DNA of 55,865 nt, counting the filler, from Platydemus manokwari (Eukaryota), in assembly GCA_037951405.1 (NCBI GenBank). It is 5 parts of 5 records of this genome, joined end to end, with 100 filler letters (N's around TTAATTAATTAA, not from the genome) between each part and the next. Parts side by side here need not be neighbours in the genome. Positions count along the whole stretch, not along the records: positions 1 to 8,830 come from JBBMOY011342760.1; positions 8,931 to 22,070 come from JBBMOY011824723.1; 3 more parts are not named here. One strand, 5' to 3'. The notes below the pieces were generated by a model, which ran no database searches, was not told the origin of the DNA, and saw only the letters and a list, made by a program, of their open reading frames with translations. The translations under genes and the position numbers were made by a program. Below are positions 1-13,000 of this stretch, piece after piece (position 1 is the stretch's first letter; every line of letters starts with the position of its first letter).

Positions 1-1770
1 AATGTGTAATCCCCTAATGTTTTACAATTGAACTTATTCCAAATATCTTGAAATCCTTGATATTCTCCTTCTGTTATTCCATCTAAATTTAATTAAGAAT
101 AAAATATTTTTATTGGCGGTAATTTAGTTTCATTTAATATTTCAAATGAAGTCATAGGGATAAATTCCTTTCTCCTTCAAAATTAAATAATGTTCAGAAA
201 ACTCATTACTTAAACCTAGAAATTTTTCGTCTTTCATTTATTTACTTATCTTATCTAACGAGTTTTGAAATAGTCTAAGTAAATATAAGACACCCACAAT
301 TAAACGAAATATAAATGTCTTCTGTTAATTTTAATATTTTTAGATTTTAATATTTTTATTTCAAGCACCTTTATCACTAGAAGAAAATCATACTTGGATC
401 CATTATGAAAATATGATGGAAAATCTTTTGACTTCCTAGCTAATAAATTGCATTCTTCACACGCAGCTCCACTATAATTGTCTTCTTTTAAATAGTGATT
501 ATGATCTCTAACTTTAATTACTGGGTTCATTGTTAGTCTTGAATCACGCAATAACCAATCACTATTTGCTTTTTTCCAAATATTTATATCACTAAATTTT
601 TGTTTACAATAAATACAATTATTAGAACTATTCTAGTTTATTATGTCTTGTTCTTTCATATTAATTTCAAGTTTTGTTTTAAATTTTGATTAAAATCTTT
701 TTCATTTTCCACAATCCATTCAATAAATTCTTTAATGCAATTCTCTCCTTGAAATAATTTGCTTTCATTTTCTATTAGATCAGGATATCTTGAAATTAAT
801 TTTAAATAAACAGAAGAAGGAGTTTAGTTGCTTATAATTTCAGTATTTTTTCCTATTTGTTCTTCTTGTTCTTTTGGAATATTTACATATTTTACATCTG
901 CAACAATTATAAAAGGAAGCGGTATTTCATGTTTATAATTTAACTTTAGAATATTTCCATTATCTTTCTTACTTGACATAATTATTTTTGTTATTTCTTT
1001 TCCATCTTTACCACATATTCTTTGGTGATTAATAACAACATTTTCTTTTACAGAGTAAGAACAACATTTATCACAGACATTTAGTTCTTGATTTGGACGT
1101 AATTTATCATTTAATTCTCCACCCATAAATCGTTCAAAGTTCTTAATGAGAACATCTTGAGTTACACCATTTCTTTCTAAATATAACAACTTAATATCCA
1201 GATTATATTATTTTTTTCAGAAATATAGATTGGAAATAATCTATATTTTTTTCTTTTTTCTCCTTTTTTCCTTCTTTATACATTTTATTCCATATATTTA
1301 TTTTAAAATTATTGTTCTTTTAATAAATCATCATCTAATTTCTGAGAAAAATCTTTAATTACTTTTAATAATTGATCTTCATCAATTGGATCTCCTCCTA
1401 TTTTTAATGTTTGATCTGAACCTGATGGTATTGTAATGTAATCATTTTCATTTTTATTAAAATTAAAATTTTGTAATAATATTTTAACCATTATTTGAAA
1501 TTTAATATTTCAGTATTTATTTACAAATTCTAAAAATTTTTCTGACTCTTCTAAGATATGGGAAATTATATTTTGTAGATTGGAATTTTTAATAATCTTG
1601 TGGGTTTTGTAAATATCTTTCAGAATTTCATTTCTATTATCGGGTAAATTTATTTCAATGTTGGCCTGACTTTGTTCATTAGGTTTCGCTATATGTTTTT
1701 TGGATTTTTCGTGCGATCTTAGAGCATTAATGGTTGTAAACGAGGTTTCACAAATTTGGCATTTTCATTT
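1..1770 (-). pseudogene. Decayed Polinton/Maverick/adintovirus-type protein-primed family B DNA polymerase (C2H2 finger, EndoVII-like segment, exonuclease region); runs off the window start
   Basis: Minus-strand motifs in order: CQICETSFTTINALRSHEKSKKH; CDKC...HQRIC; PLPFIIVAD; LFQGENCIKEF; CIYC...VRDHNH..YSGAACEECNL; YFHNGSKYDF; NSLDKIS; KGIYPYD..ETKLPPIKIFYS.L...YQ..QDIWNKFNCKTLGDY. Many stops and frameshifts. Confidence 0.85.
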
Positions 1771-1959
1771 ATTTTCAATATTTTTTATATGGTTTTTTAG
1801 TTTTTGTAATTTTTTACTTTTTAAGAAATCTCCTATCAATTGAATATAAATGAGCTAATATTGAATACCTAAAGACAGTTGCTATCATAGTTTCGCACAT
1901 TTAGTATGTTATTAGAGATAAAAGATAAAGGTATATTATTACCTCCAGATAATGTTTAA

Positions 1960-2390
1960 ATGTTTGATTTGAACTTAATACTATTGTAATGTAATCGTTT
2001 TCATTTTTATTGTGATTTATATCTCGTAAAATAATCTTAACATTTGTTTTTAAAAGTATTTATTTAAGAATTTTAAAATGTCATAAGATTCTTCTGAAAT
2101 ATGAGAAATTATATTTTCAGTCGGTTGAGAGTTTCTTATTAGCTTATGGATTTTGTAAATATCACTCATCTTTTCACCTGTATTATTAGGTAAAGTTATT
2201 TCTTTATTATTAATTGACTTTCCTTCATTGTCTTTTGTAGACGAACGTTGTTCATGGATTATAACCGAGTCACCCGCATTTATAATTTCATTATATTTTG
2301 CAATATGCTTTTTTGATTTTTAGTGCTCTTTTAGAACCTGAATAATTTTAAACATTGTATTGCAAATTTGGCATTTGTGCACATAGATTT
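1960..2390 (-). repeat. Diverged tandem duplicate of the zinc-finger N-terminal region of the pPolB ORF
   Basis: HKCQICNTMFKIIQVLKEH*KSKKHIAK here vs KCQICETSFTTINALRSHEKSKKHIAK at ~1690-1765; DNA 1981-2200 aligns with 1429-1655 (tattgtaatgtaatc.ttttcatttttatt; ttttgtaaatatc). Confidence 0.8.
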
Positions 2391-4200
2391 TTACGATTTG
2401 TTTTTTATAAGGTTTTATATTATGGTTTTTAAAAATGTTTCTTTAAAAATGGTGTTTTTAAAAAACGCGTTCTTTTAAAATGTTTTATTCAATATAACAC
2501 CATAGAATAGTAATATAGGCTTGTATTTTGAGCGTTGTGTATCTAAGGACTGGTAAATATTACTACTGTAGTGGGTGCACCAATGTAATGTTAAAAATCC
2601 ACAGCAATGTGGGTTTTGATTAAGAAAAAGTGTTAATATTAATAAATATTAAACGTTCAAGAAATAGTAAGCCTTTAAACCTTAAATACCATTTTTAAAG
2701 ATTATTTATTAGTAGTTTAAAGAATTTATACTCATATATTGATTTTCCTAAACTAATTTTTCTAAACTAATTTTTCTAACAAAGTTTTTGCATCATAAAA
2801 AAACTTGACTATAAATTTTTATCATATTAATTCTAATATTGCAAAATATTGAAAATATTTAGCCATTTAACTATATTATCTATCTCCTACAACTTACCCT
2901 TCACCAACAACTCTGTTCTGTTGTTCTGGTGGCCCAAATTTAAAACTTATTAATTAGTTAATCGATTCCAATTACAAATCTACTCTAGACTGAACTCAGT
3001 TCAACTAGAGGCTAACTTCCATAAAATTTAAAATATCAAACAAATCTGGTCTAAGAGGTTACGGTTCCACGTAGGCCTAACCTCCAATAAATTAGCAACT
3101 TTAGGGTTCTTACCGGGAAACCTAAGAGACCACATCCAAAATCACACGCTCTATCTACATGGAGTCAGTAACATCTTTAATTAAGCGCAAATTAAGAAAA
3201 CCCCCTAAGCCTGGTTATTTGTCATATTTGTTAAAACATTTTATCAAACTCAATTTGTCAATAGATTGTATTTTATTATCTATTTTCATATTTTAATATA
3301 TATCTATAAAAAACTGTTTTATTATCGCATAGTTTATACACAGCACCTTTGGAGTCAGGTGTTACGAAAATAATAATAGAAATTGAACACGCATAAGTTA
3401 GGATAAAATCGACTAGCGATAACCTCAGACTTTAAGACTTAAAACCTATAAACCCCAACATCAGTAATGAATAATTTTATTACGTGTTTGAAGAAAACTA
3501 TAGAATGATTGTTAGGAATATTAATTTTTATTTTTTACTATGATTTTCTTCAAAGTGCTGCTATCCAGAATTTTTAAGTTGAAAATAATAATAATTTAAA
3601 TAGAAATTAGCTTAAAGAATAATAATTTATGCTGGTAATAATAAAATGTTAAATATCATTTAAATAAATGGTAAACTTGAATTAAAATTGAAATAAATTT
3701 GGATAAAATAAGTTTATAAATAATTAATTTTATGATTTAATTGTCAACTAAAATATAATTTTGAAATAAAATTAAACCCATTATCCCGAAAATCATAGGA
3801 AGAATTAGAAAAACCAATAATAAACAGAAACGCAGCCCGCATTTTAAAATCGTAACCCGTTATCTCTCGACTCAAATAATGCAGTATATAATGCCTTTAC
3901 CTGAAATTTGGAAACCATGAAGCCTTTACGTTATTCAAGAAGATAGATCATTTGTTTTCGGCAAGTCGAGCAGTTTTATATGCATTGTAATTCCACAGGA
4001 AGAGAATAGAAATATTCTGATTACCAACGAGTTAAGATCAAAGTAAAACAGTTCACAACTACAACTATGCCATATTTTTCCTATTTATCGAGTGAAGTTC
4101 AAGTTCCTTGATATATACATTACTTCAATGCCCTCTTAGTGTTGTATTGGTATATTATTTCCTATCCTGAATTGCACATTAATTTTCAAAGCTTGCTTGG

Positions 4201-5101
4201 GGCCAATTAGCGGATAACCCCACTCGATGAGATTCATAGCAGCTCGATTCCTAAGAGTTGTCACTTATTCCCGAGACAGAATCGCAAAAACCAGTGCAAG
4301 CGATCATTATTCAAGATCACCTTAAGGAGCCAATTCTCCCCTAAAAAGTAACCTCACGATATTATGCGAGGCACTTCCACAATGAAGGAGAAAACCAAGT
4401 TAAGGAAAAAAACTTGGTTGGGCAATGGAATGAACAATTATGTCGAAATGAAATCCGGCACATCTTCAACCAGCACATTGTCGAAGGACACCAAGTCTAC
4501 GATATCGTCAAGGCTCTCGACATTCCCCATGAGGAAATACATAGCATAAAAACCTCGCCTAAGCTGAATTTCTCGTCGACTAAAATCTAGACCCACGAAA
4601 CCTGATCAAACTGAAGCACATCAAGCAGAAAGTCCGACTCAACTTTCAACCCAAAGAAAGCCGCACCTTCCGAGTAATTCAGAGGGAAGTTGAAACCATC
4701 CGAGCTATTTACAAGGAGCTCGACGAAAAATGGGTCAACCCATAGCCGCCCAACTCGCTCAGGAAAAAGAAGCCGCAAAGGAACATACATTCACCTGGCC
4801 ATTAATGCCTAAACCAAGCCCGATAAAAAGTCAAAATTGCAACCCGCTCGTAGTAAAGAAAGAGATTCAAAATTTCTATACTGTGGCCGAAAAAGAAAAA
4901 AAGCGGAAAATAGTGAGAAACAACAAAAACGATCGCAACCTAGCGACAGTTTCGCTATGTCCATGTTCGACGAACCAACCAATTTTCCGGTACATACACC
5001 CGACATAATCCGAGTAGAAGGATCCCAATACTATGCCATCCGTGTTCTCTATATTCTCTATACAATTTTTCGGGACGAAAAAACCTAAGAGGAAAGAGAT
5101 A
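4201..5101 (+). pseudogene. Decayed coding-like region of unknown identity ending at a polypurine tract (probably internal region of an LTR element)
   Basis: Higher GC than flanks; long frames broken by few stops (SLIPETESQKPVQAIIIQDHLKEP...HQVYDIVKALDIPHEE; DPRNLIKLKHIKQKVRLNF...ELDEKWVNP); ends aagaggaaagaga-ta-TGTTAG. Confidence 0.4.
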
Positions 5102-6329
5102 TGTTAGAATGTTTATAGAAAAATTCTTAAATCAAATACAAATTGAGTGGGAAGAATTAAATTCCATAAATTCATCGGAAGGAATAATGACGCAAGAAAT
5201 AAAAGACCAAGTAGTCCAAATAAAAAATTGGTATTATATGAAAAATAATCCAAAAATGAAAATACACAAATCCTAAAATTTAAGTGAGAAATAAAAGAAA
5301 ACCGATAGTCTTAACCAAACGAAAAAGTTTAACAGATGTTAAGAAAAAATTTACAACTAGGATGCAAATTAGGAAAACATCAGTTGAAATGGAGAATAAG
5401 ATAACAATAGGCACAATAATTTTAGTAATAATTACAAGTTTTACCACTATGGTGGTAATGATCCTGAGCTACAAGGTGTATAATCAATTTTACAAGAATG
5501 ATCACCATAGATGGGTGATTGAATCATGACAATTACTGAATAGGAAATTGTATATAGATAAAAATAATATAAATGAATATTGTAAGAACAAATTTGATGT
5601 GTTTATGGTAGCAATAAAAATGTTAAATAGAAAAACAGTTGTTGTAAATAAAAATAATTTAGGAAAAATGTAAATATTAAGAATTCTTTTAAATATTTGG
5701 AATATGGTAAAAAAATCAATGAATAATAGATTTGTAAATAAAAAGAAATTCGTGTACATAAAACCCTGTAACCCTTTACTCAATAAAAAATCAAAAATGA
5801 TTGGCAAAAAATAATTCACCAATCAATAAAAATATTCTAAAAATAGCGTCAACCAATCAAAAGCAAGATAGCATAAGCTATATAAACCCCAATAATCATT
5901 TTTATGCCAATTTCTTGATAACAGAAAAATGTTTATTTTGCTGTTTTAAGATCATAAACCATAAATTTTGCAGTATGAATTACGAAGTGGAATTACCCTA
6001 GAAGATTGTACAAAATAACCGTATATTCTTCCTATTTATCGGGTTAATCCCAACCATCTTGAACAATTGGTTTTACTCCTCTTTGTACCATTATAACCTG
6101 AGCCTTTTTCAGAACTGCCATAAAAAACTTGTTCAAGTGTTTAAAGTACAACTTTATAAAATCATTGTATAAAAGTAGTATAATTCATTCCATAAGTGTA
6201 TATCTGTAGTAATTTATATCAATAAACGTGTATTCAGCAGCAAGTCTAATTAAATTTGCAAGTGTTAAATTACTAGCAAAAATAATAAATGGCAAAAGAG
6301 AGAATATAATATTTGACGGTAGAACAACA
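5102..6329 (+). mobile_element. Putative long LTR (3' LTR-like); 3' end approximate
   Basis: Starts TGTTA just after a purine tract; three CCAAT/ATTGG boxes (~5800-5857) then TATATAAA (~5879); candidate end AACA at ~6329. No partner LTR or TSD found. Confidence 0.35.
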
Positions 6330-8830
6330 TAAATAGTATTAATAAGAACAGCAAATTATGTCAAATAACAAAAATATAATGATAACGATGATAAATACAG
6401 TAATAATAATAATAAAAGTGCAATTCATAAAATAGTTAAATTTTATCTGATCAAAAAGAAAACGAAATAGAGCAGAATAAAAAAGGTAACAAAAAATAAA
6501 TTAAATTTTATCTGATTGAAGAATGAACATTTAACAAAGAAAAATATAACAATAGAAAATAAATATAGTAACGCCCATTGCGCTGTACAATTACGAAGTA
6601 AAAATTTATCATCAAATAAAGATGGCGGGAGTGATATAAATTGTACCATCAAAAATAATATAAACCGCACGAAATTTAAGCATATCCACAGTTAAAAATA
6701 GGTTTACATCGACCAGCGAAACTTTTTGAATTCAACGTCAGCGTTATTCATTCTATAAGCCGGATTTTATTCGTAAGTGCAGGTTATTTACTTTTATTTA
6801 TTGCGTAATTATTTCTAAATTAATTTTAATTAACTAATTTTGATTTTTGGGTGTCGTGTCCTCTTAATCTCCTTCCGGTACCCGGTATTTTGGATATCAC
6901 GCAGTTACTTGCTTGCGCAGTGTACTACACAGTTTGACAAAATTTGTTTTCGTTATTTTTTGTGTTATCTTGTTTTTCGCTTTCCTAAATTATCTAATAA
7001 CAATTTTGTGTTATATTAACTAATTTTATTAGATAGAGATCTTTAATATCGTTTATATTATAGACTTCACAGGTGTCAATGGGATATTACGAATGCTTGT
7101 TACCACAGTTAATAATATTTCGTGTTGTCATTTAAAACCTTTATTCAGTCTATTTCCGATAGCTTCGTCTCCATACGAGCTGTTGTAGCCCTCTGTAGGA
7201 CCAGCTAAAATCACTAACCCACAACCACATAACTTCATTAATAAAATAAACCATCGACCTACAAGTCTTACAAAATGAAAAGTGCCTTATTTCCATGTTT
7301 GCAATTGAATTGTTTAATGTTGGAAAGAAATTAAAAGCAATTGAGAATGACTTTGGAAAAAGTCTTCGACATCTTAAACGATTTTACCGATATTACCAAC
7401 CCTAATTTGCAAGAATATTCGGATATTCGACATCAAGTCTAATTATTTTCAACTTATTTATCCAACAAAATTATTAGTAAAATTAAACTAGATACTTAGG
7501 AAAATAAATTACATTAATCATGAAATAACAAAATGTCAAACATAAAAATTAACAACCCAATACAGGTCATTTGATCAAAGAAAAACCAAGTAAAAACGTG
7601 ACTGGGAAATGCAGACCGGTTACGACAGAACTTTAGTAAAATATCTTTATTTGATTTTAAGTTAATATGAAATAACGGAGTAACATGAATGAATTGATAC
7701 GATATATTAATAAATCAATACATACTATTTTAACACATAAGATAGTTGTAACAGTGAAAATTCAAGTAAATTGATTTTTGTTTGAGCAAATAATTCCAAT
7801 GCAAAAATGGTAGCGGTTAACCTTTGTAATCGAGATTACACTATTTGTGTATTGGGAAAATTCGAATAAAATTGGCATGAATATCATTTCGTGAAACCAT
7901 AAAAGAATATTGATGAACTATTTGATTATGTAAATTCATAATACAGTTGACTCTAACGTATATCATAATATTCGTCAAATCAATAAGTTTTAACACAATT
8001 TTTAAGACTCAGATGATTTTACTATGCTATGACCGCCATATCGACAAGCTTCATTACTGAAGCAGACATCTCGATTTCTTAGAAGAGACAATGAAAAACA
8101 ATACATAATCAGAAAATATTTTAATTTAAATTATCTGTATTAATTAAAAAAATTGATAATTTTACTTTAACAAAATTAAAGAATGTTGAGCTTGTAAGTG
8201 AAATTAATAACTCACATTTTTTATCAAGATCGCCTAAATACTCCAATGATTTAGAAAAATATCAGAACACAAAGATATCGTGAATATAAATACATTAAAA
8301 ACATAAATTAAAAAATATTATAAAACGTAAAGTTAAATGAAAATACCTTGGAGTAGTATTACAATCAACTTAAACAAATTTTTAAAATTCAATTTTTATA
8401 CTTATGTTAAAATGCTTAAATTTGTTTTTGATATTTTATTTAAGAAGTGTTAGTTAAAGCTATTTAAATTTTTATAATTGATTTTAATAAATAAATCTAT
8501 AAAAATTAGGCTGATTTTTTAAATCATGAAACTAAATTGAGTTATAATCTAAATAACAACGTTAACATTTTTTCAAAACTAAAATTTTCAATTGTTCATT
8601 ATAATTTATATTTCACATCCTCATTTTATTTTAAATTGAGTCTATGGATTTCCCAAAAAAATAGATGTGACTATAAATATTTTTTACCATCATAAACTCG
8701 TTATCATTAAGTGAACAATTAAAACTGTACCATATCCTAAAATTGTTAAAATATTTGTAAAGTGTCTCAAAATCACTTCGTTCAAAGAACCTCTCTATCG
8801 GCTCCATCGTTTTAAAAATAAAAAATTTAT

Positions 8831-8930
8831 NNNNNNNNNNNNNNNNNNNNNNNNNNNNNNNNNNNNNNNNNNNNTTAATTAATTAANNNNNNNNNNNNNN
8901 NNNNNNNNNNNNNNNNNNNNNNNNNNNNNN
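8831..8930. other. Artificial contig linker (N44-TTAATTAATTAA-N44)
   Basis: Same 100-nt linker with stops in all six frames occurs four times. Confidence 0.97.
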
Positions 8931-8946
8931 CAATTATAGAAAATTT

Positions 8947-8947
8947 G

Positions 8948-8980
<33 letters not shown>
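8947..8980. repeat. (AAT)n microsatellite
   Basis: Directly visible. Confidence 0.9.
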
Positions 8981-10024
8981 TAGCAATAAGGGATGTGAGA
9001 AATAAAAGCGTGACAGAAATGGTAAATAAGGAACTTGTTATACAGTTTATTAACAAATAAAAAGAGTAACCGGATACTAAAAACGAAATATTATTATAGA
9101 ATAAATAAATTTTTAAAACAATGTATTTTTTCAAGTTTTATTATTTGAGATATTTACAGATAATAATTATTATAAATACTGATATATTATTTTATAAATA
9201 TTACTTTAAACTGGTTTCACTCAAGTGTCCCAAGAATTCTCAAGACTTAAAAAATAAACACTAATTACATAAAAATCAATGTACATGTCATACGTATTGT
9301 CATGCATACAAATACAATTGTTATAAAAATTGTAACACAACGTTGCACAAGGTTTTGAGTCTGACTTAATCATTTTGTCGAGACTCCAAATTAACAATTA
9401 CTTGAATTCGGATGGAGCAAACTTTGGATGAAGATGAACTTCCTGTGATGCAAATAATGTAAGAAAAATTAATAAACGTAATTATAAATAACTTTTTCTT
9501 TTTATGTGACATAATCTTTTATTCTTGGTATTTTCTGATATTTCCAAAGTCAGATTGCTTGGTGATGTCGACCACCTTAGTATGAAAGCTAGTGCTAAGA
9601 ACTTATACAATACTTTGTTGAGGCGATTCTTAAAACAAAGCACTGTATTCTATCAAATCTACCGAATTCATAAGATAACAGAACCCCTGTGTTACCACCA
9701 AACACAACTTATTTTATAATAAGTTAATTTTCTGTTTAAATTTATTGTGAATTTTGACTGCTTCAAATTTTGATGTTGGTCAGATTATAGTAATATTAAA
9801 ATTGTGAAGAGTCGAAGATAAAAAAATAAAAAGAAATCTCTTTTTCTAATACAAATAGATTATTTTGTTTGGTTTTAAACTTGTACAAATGAAATTAAAC
9901 TTAAATGAATATTAACATTAAAGTAGCTTCTTATTGTTTATTAATATAAGAATGTTAATTAATAATGTTTACTAATATTAAAATGAATATTAATATGATA
10001 TATAAGTTTATTAATAATAAATAA

Positions 10025-13000
10025 TTATATATTTGATGTCAATCCATAAAAGAAATCAGATTCATCTAAAAGAAATTCACTGGGAGGAAACAATAGTACA
10101 ATTCGGCGTATTGAAGCATCTTCATATTCAATATGTCTAATAGATTTGTACAAACGATAAATACCAAACATAACTGTGTCGTTATGTCGAAGGGCCTTTA
10201 AATAAATTTCACCAAAAGTTTGACATCCACACAAATTTTTAAAACGATCTTCTTTCAATGCTAATAACTTTATATGTGACATTCTAATAATTCCAGAAAT
10301 TTTTTCAAAAGACTCATCCCGACTTCCCTCAATGAATAATCGAAGCAAATTAATAGTATTACAATCGAAATATGTTGAAGATAAAAGTGAATACAAAATA
10401 TTGTTACAATATGCATGACCTGATGCAAAAGCTTGAGTAAAATAAGCTCCATCAATTGGATTATCAAAATCCGTTGGATAGAGAAATCGAATATTATTTT
10501 CTATATTTATATCAGCTACAATTTTCGTTTTAATTAAATTATATTCACCAAATCTACCGTCTTTGTTGTTTACAACTCTCAAGTAATTTTCAATATTTAA
10601 AGTGCCAAGAATCACTTCTTTGTCGACTAAATACGGATCGCTAGAATTTTCATTAACAGAACTTGGTGCATTTATTAAAACACAGGTTGACGAGGTTTGT
10701 ACTTGAGCGATATTCAACACATCTTTATCAAAACATGAACCAATGACCACATATATCTCCGGAAATTGAGAAATACTTTTCCATTCTTTCTGTAAGTAAA
10801 TTTCATTTCCAATAATAACGATGGCTTCTATTTTTTTGTGAACATCGTTTTTTATTCTCAAAGGTTTGATAAAATTTATTAATCCAACTGCTTTAGAATG
10901 ATCTTTAGAAAATATACACAAAACAAAATGCCCAGTGAAAGTTTCATTGGTGGTAACAAGGCAATCTTGAAAGGAGCGGCTTGGAATTATATGGTATTGA
11001 TTATGTAAAGATTTGTCGAGAACTTTCTCCATTTCTCTATCATTAACATCCATACTTCTTCTCGGCACCACAAAATTAAAAGAAAGATTAAGTGGAAGAT
11101 ATTTAGAACACTTGCATTTTTTGAGCTTCTTCTCTTTCGGTTTATTTGAATGGCATTTTTCGCAAAATATCGATGCATTGAATACCATATCAGGATTGTT
11201 AGTTAAAAAATATGCTATGCAATTTTGATTGATTAAATTATGGGAGCTCGGATTCAGAACAATTATGCAGTCACCATCATCCGAAACTATCTCCAAACCA
11301 AAAATTATTAATGAAAAATTGATAAAACAATGATTTGCAACGTCTTTAAAAGATTTCAAATAATAGAACTGTGAAAGTGTTCCTCGAAAAATTGCCATCG
11401 AAAAACCCCTACTATACAGTTTGATCCAGGGTTTATTCAGACTGTCAATATTTTTATTGAGAGAATAAATTGTAAAAATATTACAAACGATCGTTGAAAA
11501 TCCTTTACAGAGACAACTTCTAGCTAAAATCCCAAGTTTCAATTCATTAAAACATATCACTTCATCACCGATTAATGGACACCAACTTGGTATGTTTAAT
11601 AAATGCATTTTATTGTGAAATCGTTGAAGTTGAACAACGACTCTTTGATCCGGTGTGAATGCTTTAACCGATATGACACGCATGATATTAGCTGCATCAA
11701 CTTCATCTTCATCTTCACAATATCGTTTTGTAACTACTAAGCATGCATCAGCAATATCAGCTCTTACTCTAATTAAATCATAAATTCTCATTGCTGTTCC
11801 CTATATAATCAAAATGAATAATTATCAATCAATATCAACGACCAAATTTTAAGTTACGAGTAACCCGATAAAGTCGATAAACTGAGGATTATTTATAGTC
11901 TTGGATGATTACTTATAATAATGTATAACAAGACTATTGTTAAAATCATGATTATAATCCTAATGTTAAAGTTAAAAAAGGGTCCTAAAACAAAATTTTA
12001 AATTTGTTGAGTGTGTTGCAAAAATACATATGATTTATTTAATTTTATTCTTTAAAAACGTTTAGAATCTTATATTGAAGTACTTAAGAAGAACTTAAGT
12101 CGTTTAAAATCATATATTAAATACACTAGACCTTCAAAATCTCCTAAAACTTGATTATTAAAATTAACGAGAACTCCTTTCTTAACATTAGAAGCAAATT
12201 GAAAGATACACTCAATTTTTACAATTATTTTATAAAAATAAGCAATCATATTATTACGCATGTCTGTAATGAATTAACTCGATTTAAAATTTAAATCTAA
12301 AAACTCAAATAATCATATAGAAGTTTTGTGATTAGAATAGGAACTTGGTTTTTAAAATATCTTTTGTCCCTATTAGACATTTTAAAAAATGAGATATTAA
12401 CTAAATTATATTAATAAATCAAACATCGAAATTATATATAAAATTAAGTTGTAAAATTAATAGAGTAGCGAAACTTCATTATTACTAAAGTAGGTCAAAG
12501 GATTCTTTTTCTTAATTTAAGCCGAAATAGGATATTTTTCAAATGTACAAATTTACTGTAAACAAACAACGGATAAAGAAAACAATATTCTATGAACAGT
12601 TATTACAATCGAAATAATAAATTAATTATGAAATCAAATTCAGTTTCATTGATGTAAAAAAATAAAAATATTAAAATGACAGAAAATTAAAGCGACTAAC
12701 AATCTAAATGCATGAAAACTCTAACAAATCTCATAGTTTATGTATCAAGGAAGAATAACGTATGTATATTCTTAGAATTCTTAATAGAGTTATATAATAT
12801 CAATTCAATCTTTTCAGCGTATATATCAAAATGAATATCTGTAGAATCTATAAAAGATACATGTATGATGGGAAAATTATTATTGTTTCATTGAAATGAA
12901 AAGGAAATTTATGATTTGAATGAACAACGATTATATAATTAGTATAAATGGGAAAAACAATAATTTTAAGAAAAATTATAGTAATAAAAATAAATAACAA

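Noticed and set aside
6359-7233. Another LTR-like A-rich/T-rich block with a TATA-like box
   Set aside because: No clear CA end, TSD or second copy.
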